From Raillietiella orientalis (lineage: Eukaryota), in NCBI GenBank assembly GCA_036172245.1, contig JAYWIR010000026.1:2232001-2296000 (forward strand): 64,000 nucleotides of DNA, written 5' to 3'. Below, piece by piece: positions 1 through 13,049 of the stretch (the stretch's first letter is position 1; the number at the start of each line of letters is the position of its first letter). A program made the translations under genes and the position numbers. Under the pieces are notes generated by a model. It worked only from the letters and a program-made list of their open reading frames with translations. It ran no database searches and was not told where the DNA came from.

Positions 1-1952
1 GTTTCCCTGTGTGGTGATGCCCCACCTCACTGTGCGGCATCCCCATCTCCAGAGATGCGAGGAGCGCACGGCTGCCGCTGGCCCTTAGCACCGCGGCGAT
101 GGGACGCGGTCTGATCCGTGCAGGGGGACGGACGGCTCAGAGCTGCGAATCCCCCCCCCCCCCCACACATAGTTCCCCCCCCCTCCCCCGAGCCGGTGCG
201 CAGGTCACACAAGCAGCGGCTGCTACAGAAAGGTTGCCGCTGCCTTGCGTTCCTCGGTCGTCCTGCCTCCGGGAAGCCGGGAGCCCCAGCGTCCAGGTGC
301 CGCGGCGGCTCCACAGCGTGCTCGGGGCCATACCATCCACGGCCGCTCGTTCTCGTAGGGAATTGCGGGCAACAAGGAAAAAAGTTCTTTTGGGCCGAGC
401 GCAGCGCTAAAACTGCTGGTCGCCTTTTAGCGGACCCGCTGGTCCGAAGGGGCGGAAGAAAAACGGCGGGGCCGATCTGATCCGTCGATTGCGGGAACGC
501 ACCCGATCCTCGCGTGAGGAGGACGAATGCTTCTCCCTTTTTCCCCCATAACGAAGATCGATCGTTCCGTGCCGTGCGTTGAAAGGTTGCGCGAGAAGGA
601 CGAAGAGCAGCCTCCACGAAAGGAGACTTCCGAGTGCGGAAGGCCGTTCCCGGTTTCTATTTGTTTGTTTGACCCACTCCCCAGCTGTTGCTTTCCTAAG
701 ACGCTCGAGGACAACGGCAAGGGTCTCCCTCCTCATCCTCCTTCAATCCTGCCGCTTCCTGCTTGCGTCTCTCCAGATCTACTTTCCGCTCCCCGAGCGC
801 GCTTTTTTCCAGCTATGCCGAGGGCTTTGCAAATGCGGAAAGTCACCTTGCACGCCATTTTCGCTTCAGCTGATGTTCCTTACGTCGAGCATCATGCAGT
901 CGACAATGATGCTGATCTTTGGATGATCCTGTTTCAAATGACAACGTTTCGATGCTGCCGCACGTGCGTGGAGCCTTCGCAGAGCCTCTGCGTTTCCATG
1001 GCAACCACGCTTGGTTTCTCACTGCTTCCGGCCCTCTGATGTTTCCCTGTTGAGACACACCGAGGCGTACATGCAAACAAGCAAAAGTAAAAATAATGAT
1101 CTAGAAAGGGCAAAAAAAAAAAAAAAAAATTCAGATACCGTCTTTCGGCTCCTGCCTTCAATGTGAATCCGCCCTTCGGAAACTGAGGCCTACGATGCGG
1201 AAGAAGGTCTTTTCGGGTGTCCATCGTCAAGGCATGGAAGCCACGTGACCTTTCCCACACATGTTTTCACGATCGGTCTTTTATGTTTTGTTTTGCGTTT
1301 CAGTATCCGAAACTGTGTATTCGAAAGACAAGAGATGGGGGCAGAGAAAAGTGATACCAGAAACAAATTGAAAGTCTACTACAGTATCAGTAAAGCGTCG
1401 TGGAGAATTTCTAGATGTGCACGCTACAGCTTCAGCGATGCTGCGAAACTTCCGGCGATCGAGTCGGCAGAAACGAGCCTTGCTCCTCCCTGCAACAGCT
1501 CCCGGAAGGGGCCACCGCGGGAAGACCGGGAATCGCTTTTGGGGCTTTTCGCTGCCATCAAAGTAGCGGTGGTGAAGAACGTGTCGTCGCATGCTCAGGT
1601 TGTGCAGAATGGCTCCTTTTCCCATGTTTTCCACACTTCAGAAGAAAGTGTTGCACAATACAAGCAGCAGGGAGCAGCTGAACCTAAGCAGGAACACACA
1701 AGAATCCCCGCTGAAACGTCAGCGGGAAACAAGATCGAAATCAACAGCGCAGGCTGATATTCGTCGAACCATCATAGAAAAAAATAAGGAATACAAGGTT
1801 TATTATAGAGGTATCCGTAGAATAACAGCACGGGCAAACGTTTCTGCTTGAAGATCGCAAAAGTAAGTCTCCACGGCCGCTGTGCAAGGAGCCATCAACC
1901 ATGGAGAAAATCCATCTTCAGGGCAAATCGGGAAAGTTTCGTGTGTTTCCCG

Positions 1953-4900
1953 TCACTGCCTGTCGATTTTTCGGTATCTTTTCCGTACGCTGCTCACTGC
2001 GTCTTTGTACAGCACCGGATCCAGCTTGTAACGGGACCGCATCAGGGGCACGTAACCAAACTCTTTAACGAAGGAAGTGATGCACCGCTGGCACTTCTTC
2101 ATGTGCTCCTCGCCGTCCTCCATCCTGGGAAATGAGGAACCATCATGGATCATGACCTTTGGCCTTTCTATACCAGCACTCGAATTTAAAACAAAACAAA
2201 ACAACAACAAAGAACTGAACCTGACAGAGGAACGGCGAAAACATTGCAATACCCGCCGGCGCGTACTGTCTGAGGGTCCGTGGTTTCGTAAAAAACCTCG
2301 CGACACAACCGTGGAAAAAAGGCAAATGCACCCTCCCCCCCACTCCCCTTCCCCCGACACATATCGCATGCACACGAGGAGTACAACGAAACTCGGAAGA
2401 TTCTCGACGGCGACGAGAGATACCACAAAACTCGCATGAAGAATGTGTGGTGTACGGTCAGCCGGTGCCATCGCGACACCAGATTGTAAAACGCCGTGGC
2501 ATTCCCGGCAAAAGTTTCCGCGGAGGAATCAAACAAGAAAACAGAAGGGAAAGCATTTTAATGGTTGTTTCCAACGGAACTGGACGTTCGCGGATTAAGA
2601 TGGGCGGCTGCGCCACCTATCGCCACCTTTCCGGTCCCTGCGAGCCGAGCCGAAAAGCATGGAGGGTTTGGCGGTGGAGCCGAGCGCCCGGCGGCACCAT
2701 CTTCGAGCGCGTTGGGAGGGCAGCGGCGGCGTCCACGTGGGCAGCACGGCACGAAGCGGCCCCACCCACTCGAACCGCGCTCGCAGCAGCACCCGTGAAA
2801 ACGGGATGCGGCGAAATGCTGAAGGGGGGTGGGCACGGAGTCTCATGCGGTCTTGCACCCGCGGCAGGGCCCACTTGGACGCACGCGCGGCGGGCGCTGA
2901 TTTGGAACGCCAGCTCCGAAGGGCACGCCTTCCGGCCTTGCGCGCCACACCGCCGTGTTGTTCTCGGAACGAACCACCAAGCGCGCGCACCCGCTCCGAC
3001 GGCGGCGACTTCACTGCGGAACCGGGGCACTCGTCCTTGCCGTTGTCCGACGATCTTTGCGCTGCCTTGGGGGAGATTTGAACTCCCGGCACGTGAGCAC
3101 GCGGTCCGGAAACGCGACGCGTGGCCCCGAAGGCACGGCTCGGGGACTTGCGCTGCCCCGTCGGGGAATCACGGAAGACGTATTTTTTCTTCTTCTTCCT
3201 GCGAGCCAATCCCGCAAATCCATCAAATGGTACTCTGATGATGCTTCGAGATGTGGTCGCTGTTAGCGGTGCTGCACGGATTGGGGATCGGCCCGTGCAG
3301 TGTTTCCTGCCTGCGTACCGTGACGCAGGAAGGCAGATTGGGGTCATGGCGTCTCCCTCCACAGACACTCTACCACAGATAGGCGCCGTACCTCCGCTCA
3401 CTGGGGAAACCTTGTCCCCCCCCCCCCTCCCCCAGTTCTCTGTAGCGGCGAGGACCTTTCCCGGAAAGCTGACCTCCAGTTACTGAAACGAAAATTGCAC
3501 GCGGAGGTGGCAACAAAAACCATCGCGCCCCCCACGCGGCAGCAGCCCAGATACCGTTGCCTGCAGCAACCGTCGGCAACATTACGGCCGCGCGCGCGCG
3601 CACGCATCGCGGAAAAGGAGCGCGCCAGTAGCCCCCCCAGGAGCCACTTCAGAGAGGCCGACGAGCCCGAGTCCGCAGCGGCGCGCCGTGCCAACGCCGT
3701 TCTTTCGCGGGGCGCAGGCTGCTGGAGAGTCCTGGGCGCTTTGTGGCAGCACGCGGGGGCCCCGTGCGGAGCAAACGAGACGAGAACCGCGCGGCCCACC
3801 CTCTGGCAATCGGCGGTTCCTCACTGACGCGCACGTCCTCCCGACTTTTTTCCTGTTCCCCGGATGCAACAAGCCAAACACAACGGAAGCACACTCCGCA
3901 CATCCAAGAAAGAAAGCAATGAACCTTTGGCTTTGCGAAGGAAAGTTTTTAGTAGTTACTTTGATCGGGGCGCACTTGGTGACGTGGCTGACCAGGAAGT
4001 TCATCAAGATATCTTCGCAGCTCTTCTCTTTCTCCACGACCTGGTGCATGGAGGGACGCAAGAACTTCGTGTACAGATGGTGGTAGTACCGGTGGTAGAA
4101 CGCCCCGTTCGTCAACACGATGCTGTAATCGTTCACGTGCCTGGACGTGTAACCCCAGGACTTCTTAAAGGGGGAAACGCCACGGATCACTCAAGCGACG
4201 AAGCCGGGAGGCGGTGCCCGTACTTTCACCTGGTTCCAAAAATGCAACCTGGAGAAGAATCCGACTATTCTTTCGGGGAACTGGGTCCAGACGCGGAGCG
4301 CGAAATTGATCTCCTCCGTTTCCATCGGCGTGTCATCGTCCAGGGCCAGCACGGCGTCCGTCTGGATAGCTGCTTGGGGATAAAACTTATAAGAAACGGA
4401 CGCGTTCGGAGCCCTCAATATAATCAGGGGCACCGAAGTTTTTGGGAGCGAGGAGCTCTCTGGAGGGTGGCTACTGGAAGACCAGATGATTAGAATCTGA
4501 GGTTGCACGTCAAGTGATGCTGAGGAATCGCGCACACGAAGTTACCTTGGAAATGTTCTGGCTTTTGGCTAGGTTCCGCAACAGGGAATACAAGGGTGCG
4601 GAGCTTGTGTTTTCCTTTCGGTAAAAGATGACGGCAGTGAAATTGGGGCGCGGAGCAGTGCCGATCCTCGTGTGGTAAAACGGGAACCGGTCCAAGGAGT
4701 CAGCGAATTCGCCATCATAGAACAGCGCCCCGGGGAAGACGTTCCACACGAAAGATGGTTTAGCGCGGTACTTCCAGATCCGGCCTTTTAGGACCTGAAA
4801 CGCGTGCTCGCCTCCCCGTTCTGGGAGAGCAAGGGGTGGAGGCACGAGCTCCCTGCTCACCTCGAACGTGGTCGACACGATGTTCTCCAGGGAGCTGAAG

Positions 4901-7900
4901 TAGGCCCAATACAAGAACAGACACTGTTGCTTCAGCCTCACTACAGTGTCTTCGCTTATGGAGCGGAGGATGTCAGGGATCTTGAAGGCATTGCATTCGT
5001 TAGTGGCGCCGCCACCCTTTCTCTCCCGTTCTTCCAGGAGAAGGCAGTTCATCCACGCGAGTGACAGCGCACAAGAGACGCAAAAGAGGCAAGTGGGCGG
5101 TAGCTCTTTTGGTTTCACCCTTCGAGGCGCGCGAATCGCACGCGGTGCGAGCGCCGGCCACGAGTCGACGACGCTGACCGGCTGCATGCACCGACCACTG
5201 GACTCGTGCAGCACGCCGCACGCACCCACACACACTCACAAAAGGAAACAGAAACGGGAAACCTGGAACAGCATCCTCTCGTCAATGCGGATCACTGCTT
5301 CGTTCCAGTCTATCACCTCGCTGAATGGGAGTACCCAGTCATTGCTCAGTACAACTGGGATGCAGCCTGCCCGCAGAGTTTCCAAAAACCGGTAAGATCC
5401 CAGCCTTCTTCCTCTTGGGACAAGGCAAAACGTGGAATTTTCCAAAAGCGTTTGGTAATCGTGTCTAAGTTGGAGGCAAACCAGAAACACGAATGAGCAA
5501 GCGCAATTTCAGATGGAGACGAACAAAAAACAAACAAACAAACAAACGTCGCCGTCTTGCGGCGGATGGAGTCCCGAAAGGATGAGCAAGCTTTCCTCGG
5601 AGCTCTTCGGCCCGAGAACACATTCGAAACAAAGAGCATCCCGCGCTGCGCTTTCAAAGACGTATGAGAACATTTGAAGGAGGAAGCAAAGCTACCGTCG
5701 TCCTCTTGCGAGTCCCCGTTCGAAGGCAAACGGGGACGGAGGGAAAGGACGCGTCCCTTCGAGCAAGAATTCGACGGGGAGGAGGGATCCGTGTCGCCCA
5801 CGACTGCCATGTGGCTAGAAGACCGCAGCGGGCCAGGTAGGCGAGAATCGACAGTGACAGCCAGCCAGTTTACAATTTCGGAGGGGTCACACGCTCGCGG
5901 CCAATGGAAGAGGAAAGGCGCCGTGCACGGCTAGGGAGCTCGAGATGACCCCGAATTCGCCTCAGTGACCACCACCACCACTGATGAGAGCTCGCGAAGA
6001 CCAAACACCATCAACTCGGACTCCACCCTCACGTTACTCAAAACAGCTGCGTATTAAATCGACGACCGAGCCTCGTTCAGACTCTTAAACAGACAGATAC
6101 GTGTACAAAAGAATTCAGGTTTAGAGAAAGTCCCAGAGTTAAGGCGCGCCCCACGGAACTTCGGGGCCTCGACACCTGCTCTCGGGAATCCGATGACGAT
6201 CCACTTCGGAACACTCCTCGTGCACGTTCGAAACTGCAGCCGTGCTGGAGCGTTTTTCGCAGGTGAGCACATTTTGTGGGTACTCTCTTCTGGACGCCCT
6301 CGATTTCCTCTAAATGAGCTACGAAGCTGAGTGCTGCCGTGTCCGTGCTTCTCGTTGCTTCGAGGAGAACACGTGAACGCACGCGAAGAACGCTCGACGT
6401 CTCCATTGCAAGAACTTGAAGAAGACTTCATTTTACTCGAACGAAACACCAACAGTTTGTTCACATGTCGACTGCCTCCTGTCCAGAAAAGCGTGTGTTT
6501 TGGATGCGAAAGGTTACGGGGGCGGCAGGGCGATCCCATGGCAAGTCATCTTCGTAAACGCAAAGAGAAACCGTTGCTGCAATAAATGATCTTCCGCAGC
6601 CTGAAATCCCCCGAGGTCCGGACGAAATCCTGGCAGTTGAAACGCAAAATTGCGGTTGCCCAACGGGATTGATTTCGAAAACACTGGAACCTTCCACATG
6701 GCCTTCTGCGGTCACGCGAAATCACTGCCTCCTTGGAACAAGGTGTGAAAAAAATTGCCAGGAAACGAGAGGAGCTGGATGCAAGCACGAAGTCACTGCG
6801 CGAATACCGAAGGAAAGAAATTGAAGACCACCACCAAGAAGCGTTTTCAAACAAGAGTAATTAATCTCGTAATGAGATTTTTAATCTCATCCCCGGACTT
6901 GGAAATTCTAGAAAACGTATCACCTTCTACCTTGAGGTCATCTACCGAGCTCCCGGGATAGGCACTACTACTTAACAAGTTTAGCTTTGCTAATTGAAAT
7001 CCTAAAAAGAAGAAGAAAAAAGAAACCCTGAGATTTTGGATCTTAGAGCACGACTGCAAAGTGAACTTCCTTCGAAACTCTCCTGTCGAAATGAGCCACT
7101 TGTTTGTTATTCAGTTTTTCGTAGCTGGGCAAGTGTTTCCTGCCAAGCGCACCTCGGTGCAACGCATTTCGAGACCTTCATCCTTTAATACGGCGCTAAG
7201 TGCGACGTCCCTGTGATTTCCTTCCAGGGGAAAAGATCATAACCGTTGCCACGTGAGCGGAGAAATCAATTTCCCTTCGGAGCGTTAACTTCGAGGCGTC
7301 GTTTTCCCATTCAACGACTTCCCTGAGCCGAAAACCCCTCAATTAGGAATCCTTTGAGGACTGCTTGCAATTCGATCTTCGCTTCCCAATTTCAGAGTGC
7401 CCACACAAGTACTCTTAAAATTGAAACCCCAAACCCGATGCAGTCCCGCTTCTGACTTTGAAACCTGCAAACTGCAAAAATTTGTAATTTCAACACAACC
7501 GCTGTCCAAAAAGCTTTTTAACAGAATAAACAAAACAAATCAAAGCCTCAGCACCACATGCTTTGAACCTCATTGATTTTACTGACTGCTTCTCATGATC
7601 TCATGTGAGTGAGAGCTGCTAAATTTACTCATCTGGAAATATTTCACCCAAAGATTTTCCGTCTAATATCGATCTAGTAACTGCAGCTGGTTAGGGAACT
7701 ACTACAAAACATTATCAGCAGAAACTGATCATTCATTCAAAAGGATCCCATTCACTTACACGAGCAAAAGATTATACTAATAATCAAGTTACCTTTGTGT
7801 ATCTGATACAGATAAGAGATATACAGAAATACATTTCAATTACATTTATACATGAATTCTTTGCATATACGCATAGATGTGGGAACTGAACAAACAAATT

Positions 7901-8851
7901 CCTTAAGAATTCTCGATCAATTCTACACTAAATAATAAACAGTACTCACTTTTCATATTCAGAATTATCAATTGAACACCTTTCATCTTGGCTGACCTTC
8001 CAATTTTTTCCATGTCTACAAGTTGTTAGCAATATTATGTCCTTTCCATTATGAATATGATATAATGCATTGCGTGTTTCTGAACCAATACCATAAACAT
8101 AGCGCTTCCCTTTGAATGCTAACAAGTAAGGTTTTTTCGTTTTCAAACGACTTGTTGAAATGAATTCTTTCAATGGAACCTTTATGGGATGATCCACAGG
8201 AATGAGAGGCCATGATATATCAAAATTTGCTCTGTTTTTTAAATGTGACATGCTAGCTTTGGCCAGCATAGCTTTTCCTAAGGGGATATCCACATCCTCC
8301 ACGTAGTTGGGCCAAGTGCCTGAATATAAATTGAAAACAAGGTGGTTTTTTCCATCATCCCACTTTGAATTCTCCCATAAATTAGAGTGGGCATTTCTAT
8401 GATAATTGATGGATAATATATCACGATCCAAGGTATCCACAGCTGATATATACAAGCATGCATTGGAGGAATCATTTGTAAAATATTTTGACTTAATAAT
8501 TACAGAATACAAGTTTCTGCACAAAGCACTTAGTTGATGTTTATATTTGGTCACAGTATACAGGTGCACTGTAAAATCGTGACACTTGGAAAAATTAAAG
8601 CAAGAATCCAAACTGCATGTATTAAATTTCTTATTGTCTAAACTTCTGATATGATCATAAACATCAAAATCATTTTGCACATATGACTGAGAGACATTTG
8701 TGACTATATCATCAAATATTAAATATGGAGGATATACATATCTGTCCTTTAAGTTTTTGTGACCATATTTTAATCTATGACCCCCGATATAAAAAAGAGC
8801 CAGAAAGGCTACTGATGATAAAAGTAAAACATAACGTTTTTTCAACTGCAT
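1953..8851 (-). CDS. EXT1: Exostosin-1 (heparan sulfate polymerase, tout-velu orthologue); 7 coding exons: 8851-7950, 5464-5263, 4980-4861, 4794-4546, 4496-4230, 4163-3925, 2124-1953 (~716 aa)
   Basis: Starts [13 protein letters not shown] followed by a TM segment. Contains exostosin motifs [34 protein letters not shown] and [21 protein letters not shown]64 motifs DAVLALDDD and [11 protein letters not shown], and ends [21 protein letters not shown]. All introns are GT-AG and exon lengths sum to 2151 nt in frame. The last acceptor (2125) is the least certain. Confidence 0.93.
2950..3320 (+). mobile_element. Decayed non-LTR retrotransposon APE endonuclease remnant inside EXT1 intron 6, antisense to the gene
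   Basis: LGGDLNSRH resembles the APE GDFNA(R)H motif, and a downstream IGDRPV resembles SDHxPV. The frames are broken. Confidence 0.33.
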
Positions 8852-10258
8852 GTTAAAATGCAATCTTCATAATTTGCTGACTCATTAATATTTCAAATAG
8901 ATCATCATTTACATTTTGCATTGAAGCAAGATTCTGATGATGATAATAGATAGCCATTGTAATGCACTATATCATTTTTGTATTCGAATCACATTTTGCA
9001 CACCCCGAAAATAATACAAAATATCGGTCTTTCTAACATTGTCTATTTTTATGAGCTAAAGCTATGGGATGTGCTTCATTCACAGATGAATTGCTCTGCA
9101 TAAGTTTTATAAAAACCTAAAAGTAAAGTAACATAATTCCAACATATAGGCATACATCTAGCACAACTGATTATAAATCCAATTATTCACCACTAAGCTT
9201 TTTCAGGAGATTTTATAATCAACACCTCTGCAAACAAAGCACTCAATGTCACAAACTTCAAGATAGCCTGTGCAAATCCTATTTTCAAATAAAACTGCTT
9301 GAGGAAGGAAGTGCTCTAATTCACATAATTGAAGTAGAAATGACATCCTCAACAGTCATCCCCACATCAGAAAGGAAAAAAGCAGTAATTTTTAAAATTC
9401 CATATACATGAATTTTCGATGTTCATAATGGAATGGAAAGTCTTACAGCTTACACAAAATCGCATTAATCTTATTGGGCTTTGGAAGAATAAAATGCAGG
9501 GCAATGAATTTACAAACTTTCTTTCATTCAATAACTGGCACAACTTAGTGTGATTTGAAATCCTGGAAATTACATTTGAAGTTTTCTGATTATTACTTAA
9601 AACAACATTGCCTGAAATGATTGGAAAATTAAGTACATAATATAAGGAACTTCTTCAATATCTGGTGATGCCTGCAATAACGAAATGGTTCCTGAAAATC
9701 ACTGCCAATCTTGGTACAATGCATGCAAAATCGAATGCAAAAGCACTCCTTTAGAAGCAGATGCTTTATATGCATCCAGGAACCCAAGGGTAATGCATAC
9801 AGTAGTTTCGTTATTCATTAAGCACCTTCACCGCAGTCCACTTGGTCATACAAAAAATCTGGATACGGCTGCAAACCGTTGTTTCCCACCCACAATAGAG
9901 CGGTAAAACACACACACACACACACACAACAAACTGACTGCATATTCTTGGAATACACATATGCTCGGATCTTTGAGACTTGTTGTCCAGATATAACCGA
10001 TGGATCTACATTTTGACCAGGGTGAAATCGTTAATCCACATCCAAGCAACCAATGTACTCACAAGCCACACAAAGGGCATCTGTCAATATCTCATGATGG
10101 GAAATTTATAACAAAGTGAGCATCAAAACGGTGCACACATGGCTACGAAGGATGTAATTGTGGTGATCCACATCAACTGACGCTTTATATTACTCACTGC
10201 AAGTGGTCAAAACAAAAGAAAACAGGGGGGGGGGGGGAATGCAATTTTTCTTTTTGCC

Positions 10259-10292
<34 letters not shown>

Positions 10293-10610
10293 GTTTCCAA
10301 AATGACAGCGTTCCGGAGGATCTGCAGAAGCTAAAATGTAGTGATCACTTTTCGAGAGGGAGAAAGGCAAGGCGGAAGACGCGACACCTCGCCGAAGTCT
10401 TTGGCATGCACATTCGTTCGATCTGATCCCACGCGTTTCTCATGTGTGCCAGGACATCGTCCCTTGTCAAACGACGTGCACAGATCGGGCACGGACGTGC
10501 CCCGCGTACCACGTCGGGAGTCAAAAAGGTTCATAATTACCAGTGCCATGCTTCGCGGGGACGGCCCCTGCCGACGAGCGACCCTGCAGCTTTTCCGTTC
10601 GCCTGCTACT

Positions 10611-11000
10611 TACAAGAAGTGGCGAGCGCCGGCCGAGAGGCTCCAGAGAGGGACGGGAACACTCGCACCGGGCCGAGCCACCGGCGCCGTCGGTGGAGAC
10701 CCCGCGCGCCCTCGCGCTGCGGGCTCGACGGGCGCCGCCGCCGACCGGCGTCAGGCCGCTGGCGGAATGCATCGGGAAGCCGACGGGTTACTGCTCCTTC
10801 CAGGAAGAAGTGGCGAGCGCCGGCAGAGGCTCCAGGGAGAGCGGCTGGACGGGAACACTTGCACCGGGCCGAGCCACCGTCGGCAGAGACCCCGCGCACC
10901 CTGGCGCCCGCCAGCCGCGCTCCCTCGCACTGCGGCGCGGCGCTCCGAGGGCGCCGCCGACCAGCGTCAGGCCGCTGGCGGAATGAATCGGGAAGCTGAC
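10611..11000 (+). repeat. GC-rich tandem duplication, two imperfect units of ~190 nt
   Basis: AAGAAGTGGCGAGCGCCGGC...GCACCGGGCCGAGCCACCG...GCGTCAGGCCGCTGGCGGAATG-ATCGGGAAGC occurs starting at ~10613 and ~10805. Confidence 0.9.
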
Positions 11001-11939
11001 GAGTTCCTACAGGCGTGGCGCCTTGTCCCGGGAGCAATACATACCAAATGCCTGCTGGCGTACTTACATTACTTTAGCATGCGTTGCTTAATTGAAAATT
11101 TCCCCTTGGTTCGCGGTGCAGCGCGGTTTTGCCCAAGTTAATCAGCTGCCTAGTTGGCTTATAGTTGCCTAGTTTTTCCTTTTCTGGATAGTTCCCCATT
11201 CCCTGGCACCCGAATCCAATGCGTTGTCGTGTACTTTGGTGTTTCACAATCACGTGAAACACACGAAGATGCATGTATTGTACGCGTACGGCGGGAAATC
11301 AGTGTATGCAAACCGGCGTTCGTTCATTCCATATGCATTGTTCCACTCATTCCGTGCATTTCTCCGTCTGCACAGAAAGAACGCGGAAGTCGTGTGCGCG
11401 GATATCTTCTAACCTCGGTACTCGAACTGCCGCCCGCTTCTGGGATTCTTATTTTCCATTAAAAACCAATTTATCCATCCCTACGGAGTAGCTGCGTACT
11501 ACTTACTGTGTGCCCTGACGCACACACTCACACACACAGAGAGAGAGAGAGAGAGGAGGTGAGGGGGAATCTGAGGTTTAAGCTCCCATGTCCTCTTGAC
11601 CATTCAATTCCGTGGATGAGCATAAGACTGTGGACCCACTGAGTAGCAATTGCGTACAATTGGGTGCCTCCTTCCTCCATACTGTTGGTTGCCAGTTTCA
11701 GATTACCCATTTCCGAAATAACGCAGTTGACGTAAATGTATAATTTTTCACTGCAATTTGGGAGATAGTGATGAGAAGACCGCAAGGTAAACCGCAACAT
11801 GAGAAACTGATTCCAACAGTTGAGCTGCGTGCAGAGCTCTGAGAATATTCTCTGATTGTTCGAATTTCTCATAAGCAGACGCACCACCATCCCCTAATCT
11901 GTTTATGGGGAAAGAAGAAGAACTCTCGAACGCTAAGCA

Positions 11940-12300
11940 AGGGAGGAGCTCGTGAGCTCTATGGGGAGCATAATGGGGAACAGCGAGTGCGGTCCAAAGC
12001 ACAATTTTGGCATCGGTTACGTGATCGATCGAAATAAAGCTGCCATTCCTCAGGAGGAAAGAGACAGTAGCAAAGGAGAGGAAGCAGAATACTTATGTGA
12101 AGTGGAAAGAGAACGAGGGCTTCCGGCTGCTCTCGGTGGGTTTGACGAGATGTGCTCTGCAATGTGAGGCAAAAGAGAGCACAGCGTCTTCCGCCGGGGG
12201 TGACGGCTGGAGACGAGGCTCAACGTGGCATTCTTCCGAAGATCAGCTCCTGCTCAAACACGTCAAGAGATCAGCTGATCCGCTTTAATTTATTAGCAGT
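11940..12300 (+). mobile_element. Possible decayed RTE-like endonuclease remnant
   Basis: GNSECGPKHNFGIGYVI resembles the RTE APE segment SG...H..GVGF. There is little other support. Confidence 0.22.
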
Positions 12301-13049
12301 CCCAGATGAAGCTTGTCTAGGGATCGAAAAGATCCCTAAGCAACGAATGGGCCTGTCTTTGAACGCTCACCGACATGAGAGGTTGCTTTTGACCGAAAAT
12401 GCAAAGAAGCTTAAAGAACGAAAGCCCAAAACAACATCGCTCACTTGAGCGAGCTTTACAGGTGCACTCCTGTGGTTACTCCACAAGCGAAGAGGATGGG
12501 ACCCGCCGAAGGTTTTTCATGATTGATTTTCTCGTAAAGCAATTCGCTGCTGAGGCAACAACTTGCATCTTTACCAGCTTTTTTCTTTTTCCTTTCTGAT
12601 CAGCTGTTATACCGCAGCGTTATTAACAGTTGGATACCGGAGGCAGCATTTCATCAGAATTAAAGACGGCTCTCCGGTGCGCAGAGGGTCCAACAGAGGG
12701 CCTGCCCGGTTTCGGTGCTGACCGCGATCCATCCTTTAAGAGGAGGTCAGGCACGCGCGGTCATTGAATGGAAGACGCGCAAGCGCGGCTTAAGCTGCAG
12801 AGGCTGCCGAGCCCAGGAAGAATCGCATGCGGACACTTCGTCTGTGCGCGAATCCTCTCTTGACGAATCGAGGACAAGCGATACCTGCTGCCGGTGGCAA
12901 AGGAGGACGCGCGGAGTCATGGCCGCCTCAGGCCTTCCGAATGAGAACTCAAAGGGAGAGGATGACGCCTGGAGAGGCCGGAAAATGCCGGCGATGGGGA
13001 TGGAAGGGGGGGCGAGGGGAAGAAAGTTTCATGTATATATATATTAAAA

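Noticed and set aside
27..1850. Multiple overlapping 100-200 aa ORFs and some splice-like sites downstream of EXT1
   Set aside because: No recognisable domain. Long ORFs in several frames are expected in GC-rich DNA, and I could not build a consistent gene model.
5981..6000. CTGATGAG resembling a hammerhead ribozyme core
   Set aside because: No GAAA after a stem II and no supporting stems I/III.
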